A DNA stretch of 64,000 nt from a virus: IMG/VR virus record IMGVR_UViG_3300022602_000051, positions 1 to 64,000 of that record. The stretch is one strand, 5' to 3'. The notes below the pieces were generated by a model. That model was not told the origin of the DNA. It made no database searches and saw only the letters and a list, made by a program, of their open reading frames with translations. The stretch's first letter is position 1, and every line of letters begins with the position of its first letter. The translations under genes were made by a program, and so were the position numbers. Of this stretch, positions 60,721-64,000 are shown piece by piece.

Positions 60721-61337
60721 TGGAACCGTGGATATATTTTGGCACTCCAGTGTATAGTTTTATAATGCAGGATTACTTGCCAGTTGCACGAGAAGTGTGC
60801 AATGAATATCTTGATGCTATCAAAAAAGAAACAGAATTAGATCAAATATACCCACTATATCAAACATATTCATTTAATACAGATAGCAGAATCAGCAATC
60901 TTTCAACAGAAATAATGCGCACTGGCTATAATATTCTTGATGACCAAGGATATGATTTATCAAACTATGAATTATTTTATACTGAATTTTGGTGTCAAGA
61001 GCATCTCACAACAAGTGGACAAGAACGACATGTTCACGGATATAATAATGTGCTAACTGGTTTTTATTTTTTAGATTGTCCTGAAAATTGTTCCAGATTA
61101 GTAATTCACGAACCAAGGTCAGCTAAAGAATTTGGTAATTTTCTACCAGAAAAAGATAACAATATAGGAACATTAGCAAGTCAAGCTATAAATTTTGTTC
61201 CGCAAGAAGGTCAACTTATTATAACAAACAGTTGGATTCACCATACTTTTACAAGAAACGGTTCCACAATGCCTTTTAAGATGATTCATTTTAACATAAG
61301 TGCTCGTTGGAATCCTAAACAACCAGAGATCATATGA
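60720..61337 (+). CDS. Putative 2OG-Fe(II) oxygenase (TIGR02466-like)
   Basis: W...HVH...LTGFYFL...P.EG.LII.NSWIHH...FN. Confidence 0.75.
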   Translation: MEPWIYFGTPVYSFIMQDYLPVAREVCNEYLDAIKKETELDQIYPLYQTYSFNTDSRISNLSTEIMRTGYNILDDQGYDLSNYELFYTEFWCQEHLTTSGQERHVHGYNNVLTGFYFLDCPENCSRLVIHEPRSAKEFGNFLPEKDNNIGTLASQAINFVPQEGQLIITNSWIHHTFTRNGSTMPFKMIHFNISARWNPKQPEII

Positions 61338-61561
61338 ACAAATATCATATTCGTTTTAATAAAAGCAGAGGTCAAAGTGGTCGTGGAACGATTGAACATG
61401 TTTGGCGTGTGTTTGAAAACGGTAAAGAATTTTTAGTCAAACATTTACAAATCAATGTTCCATGCCATGATGAAACCGATGGTGTAGATTGGAATATTTG
61501 TTGTTATGGCGTTATGCATATAGATAGTGATACAAGCACGGCGATTATAAATGAATCTTGA
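61334..61561 (+). CDS. Small hypothetical phage protein
   Basis: ATGA overlap; IRFNKSRG...WRVFENGKE. Confidence 0.65.
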   Translation: MNKYHIRFNKSRGQSGRGTIEHVWRVFENGKEFLVKHLQINVPCHDETDGVDWNICCYGVMHIDSDTSTAIINES

Positions 61562-62132
61562 ACATATATTTGTCACACCATTCTTTCACGACTTCTTAAA
61601 TTTATCGTCAACAGATTTAGAAGAATATGCGGTGCGTTTGCGTGGTCAAAGTGATGGGCGACAAAAATCTAATCGTCTTGGTTGGCAAAGCAATGATATA
61701 CAAGGCGACGAAGAAGTGGCACCGCTTTTAGATGCTATAAATCAAAGATTGGTTGACGTAAGCCGTTATAGCGGTTTAAAAAATGACAAGCGATTAGTTG
61801 TTGATAATATGTGGGTCAATATAAACTCAAAATATAGTTATAACCGAAGCCATATTCATGCCAAGTCAATCTTCAGTGGCACATATTATGTAAAAGTTCC
61901 TGATAATAGTGGAAATTTAAATTTTAAAAATCCTTCGCAATTGCAGCGGTTGTTTATTCAAGATATTGATCACCATATTGAAGAATTAAATGACTTTGTT
62001 GCTCAAAATTGGATAGTGCAACCAAAGATAGACATGATGGTTTTGTTTCCAAGTTGGTTAGAACATGATGTAGATCAAAATCTTAATGATGATGTTAGAA
62101 TCAGTATTGCTTTTAATACAGCAATCAAATAA
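61551..62132 (+). CDS. 2OG-Fe(II) oxygenase, TIGR02466 family
   Basis: SN..GWQS, MWVNIN, HIH...SGTYYV, LFPSWLEH.V, RISIAFN. Confidence 0.88.
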   Translation: MNLEHIFVTPFFHDFLNLSSTDLEEYAVRLRGQSDGRQKSNRLGWQSNDIQGDEEVAPLLDAINQRLVDVSRYSGLKNDKRLVVDNMWVNINSKYSYNRSHIHAKSIFSGTYYVKVPDNSGNLNFKNPSQLQRLFIQDIDHHIEELNDFVAQNWIVQPKIDMMVLFPSWLEHDVDQNLNDDVRISIAFNTAIK

Positions 62133-62156
62133 ATACTATAAACCAGGTTTTAAAAC

Positions 62157-63365
62157 ATGTCATATACATTAACCGTAGTCAATCATTCGCCCATCATTAT
62201 CCAAAATGGTGCAACAGACAATACCACAAGCTTGACACTTGTGGGTAAAAACTATCCTAATTATGGTCAGCTTCTACAGCAAGATTTGATTAATATCTTG
62301 CAAAGTTGGGCTGGTTCATCACAGCCAGCTAATGCCGTCACTGGTCAACTTTGGTGGAATACATCAACTGGCGCACTACAAGTTTATACTGGTGCAGCTT
62401 TTAAAAATATTGGTGGCTCTACTGTTTCTACAACTGCACCAACTGCAACTGCTGTTCAGGGTGATTTGTGGTTCAAGAGCGATGACCAACAAATGTATGT
62501 TTATAACGGTGCTACTTGGTTGCTTATTGGACCAAGTTATACCAGTTCACAGCAGCTTACAGCAGCAACTGCACTTAATATTACTGACACTTCAAGTGCA
62601 AGTCATACTGTATTGGCATTTTATGTAGGTAATTTCCTAACTGGTATTATTAGCAAAGACCCAGTTTTTACTCCACAAACTACAATCAGTGGATTCTCAA
62701 CAATTGGACCAGGCTATAATATCAATACAACAATTTTTACTGGCGCAGTTCCACTAAGTGGACAGCTTATTACAAACGCACAGCCATATGTTACCAGTCT
62801 TGGAACACTGACTGGACTAACAGTTGCAACTCCTATCATTGGCAGTATCTATAATGCAACCAATGTAACTGGCGCATCACAACCAAACATTACAGCAGTT
62901 GGCACACTCACAAGTTTAACAAGCAGCGGAACAATTACTGCTGTAAACCATGTTGGTGCACTAAACGGTATTGTTGGTGGCGTTACACCAAATACTGCTA
63001 CATTCACAACAGCAACTATTAACAATCGTATTATTGAAACTGTTAATGCCATTGGTAGCGTTGGTTCAACTGCTACCATTGATTGGAGTGCTGGTGATGT
63101 GCAAACACTTACTCTGACAAACAACTGCACTCTTACATTTACAAATCCACCAAGCAGTGGAAAAACACAAACCCTAACACTTGTTGTATATCAAGATGCA
63201 ACGGGAGGCAGAACTTTAACTTATCCAACTGGTATTCGTTGGAGTTATGGTCAAGCACCTGTTCTAACAACAACACCAACATATCGTGATGTGCTATCAT
63301 TTATTACATATGATGGTGGAACAACTTATCTTGGTGCTTATAGCATGGCAAACGTTGCCCCATAA
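62157..63365 (+). CDS. Tail fibre/appendage protein
   Basis: Shared N-terminal anchor; AQPYVTSLGTLT / SQPNITAVGTLT repeats; C-terminal QDATGGRTLTYP domain; TAAATA at 62130-62135. Confidence 0.78.
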   Translation: MSYTLTVVNHSPIIIQNGATDNTTSLTLVGKNYPNYGQLLQQDLINILQSWAGSSQPANAVTGQLWWNTSTGALQVYTGAAFKNIGGSTVSTTAPTATAVQGDLWFKSDDQQMYVYNGATWLLIGPSYTSSQQLTAATALNITDTSSASHTVLAFYVGNFLTGIISKDPVFTPQTTISGFSTIGPGYNINTTIFTGAVPLSGQLITNAQPYVTSLGTLTGLTVATPIIGSIYNATNVTGASQPNITAVGTLTSLTSSGTITAVNHVGALNGIVGGVTPNTATFTTATINNRIIETVNAIGSVGSTATIDWSAGDVQTLTLTNNCTLTFTNPPSSGKTQTLTLVVYQDATGGRTLTYPTGIRWSYGQAPVLTTTPTYRDVLSFITYDGGTTYLGAYSMANVAP

Positions 63366-63374
63366 GGAAATAAT

Positions 63375-63770
63375 ATGTCAACATTAGCAATTTCAGTTTT
63401 TACAGATGAACAATATGATGATGGACTACTTGTAGTTTTGGGCAGTGACACTACCGAAGCTACATTAGCAACAAAATCACATGATCCAAAAGTTCTTGGC
63501 GTTACAACTGATTTAAACAATTGCGAAATTACTCTTGCTGAATTTGGTAACAATGCCACATTTCCTCTTGTTGCTGTTGCTGGTCGGATTGATTGTCAAG
63601 TTCAAGGACCAATAGATGAAGGCGATTGTGTTGTAACAAGTGATCAACCTGGCATTGGTCAAAAACTTGACCCAACAAAATGGGTTCCTGGTTGTATTAT
63701 TGGCAAAGCTGTCAATGCAATTCAAGACGACAGTGTTCAATTAATCAATATCGTTGTTGGATTACACTAA
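63375..63770 (+). CDS. Stand-alone homologue of the fibre C-terminal chaperone-like domain
   Basis: VAVAGRIDCQVQGPIDEGD.VVTS...IIGKA aligns with the C-terminus of 55851..57452; AAGGA RBS. Confidence 0.7.
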   Translation: MSTLAISVFTDEQYDDGLLVVLGSDTTEATLATKSHDPKVLGVTTDLNNCEITLAEFGNNATFPLVAVAGRIDCQVQGPIDEGDCVVTSDQPGIGQKLDPTKWVPGCIIGKAVNAIQDDSVQLINIVVGLH

Positions 63771-63792
63771 ATATACTTGTGGGAAATAAAAT

Positions 63793-64000
63793 ATGACTTA
63801 TGCAAGTGGCGGCCTAATTCAGGCAAGTGATTATAATGGTTTTGCAACCAGTGTTAACCAATTATGGGGAACTGGTAGCGGTAACTATGGTTATGGTCAA
63901 AGCGGAACTCTAAACACTTCTATTACGGGCGTGGTTGCAGCAAGTGATTGGGCAACTATGATTTCTCGCATGAGCACTATGCAACAGCATCAGTATAATA
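63793..64000 (+). CDS. 5' part of a virion structural gene (MTYASGGLIQASDYNGF...), truncated by the window
   Basis: TAAATA at 63768-63773; frame open to the edge; WGTGSGNYGYGQ. Confidence 0.75.
   Translation, partial: MTYASGGLIQASDYNGFATSVNQLWGTGSGNYGYGQSGTLNTSITGVVAASDWATMISRMSTMQQHQYN

Noticed and set aside
1-64000. CRISPR array, tRNA genes, transposases, inteins or homing endonucleases
   Set aside because: No regularly spaced repeats, cloverleafs or diagnostic motifs seen by eye; a tRNAscan/CRISPR scan was not run
1-64000. Stop-codon reassignment as in some jumbo phages
   Set aside because: Core genes are full length in the standard code, and TAA, TGA and TAG all terminate plausible genes

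Overview
This 64 kb window is an AT-rich segment of a large T4-superfamily (jumbo-type) myophage genome. A DUF1127 gene suggests, without proving, an alphaproteobacterial host. From left to right: (1) a minus-strand cluster of probable head-fibre/decoration genes (LamG, ALK/LTK-type glycine-rich, a 1601-aa fibre); (2) a DUF1127 gene; (3) the head module (gp23, gp22, gp21, core protein, gp20 portal); (4) a tape-measure-like gene divergent from a gp26-like/gp51-like pair; (5) an accessory island (SDR, Fe/2OG oxygenase-like protein, complete NitT/TauT-type ABC importer, PP-loop enzyme) in which the ABC/PP-loop operon is bracketed by two structured non-coding regions; (6) Holliday-junction resolvase, gp46/gp47 and the gp55 late sigma factor; (7) the plus-strand baseplate module (gp48-like, gp53, gp27-like, gp5, gp25, gp6, a 4622-aa wedge protein); (8) tail fibres interleaved with a Gly-X-X protein and an oxygenase cluster. 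TAAATA late promoters precede most structural genes. Best leads: a ~300-370 nt pseudoknotted minus-strand RNA candidate and a ~120 nt late RNA candidate that flank the ABC operon; two 9-mers shared between that small RNA and a structured 5' leader 22 kb away; a -1 frameshift signal joining the gp26-like and gp51-like ORFs; and a T6SS Tae2-type amidase domain inside gp5. Family assignments rest on motif recognition and synteny; no database searches were run.
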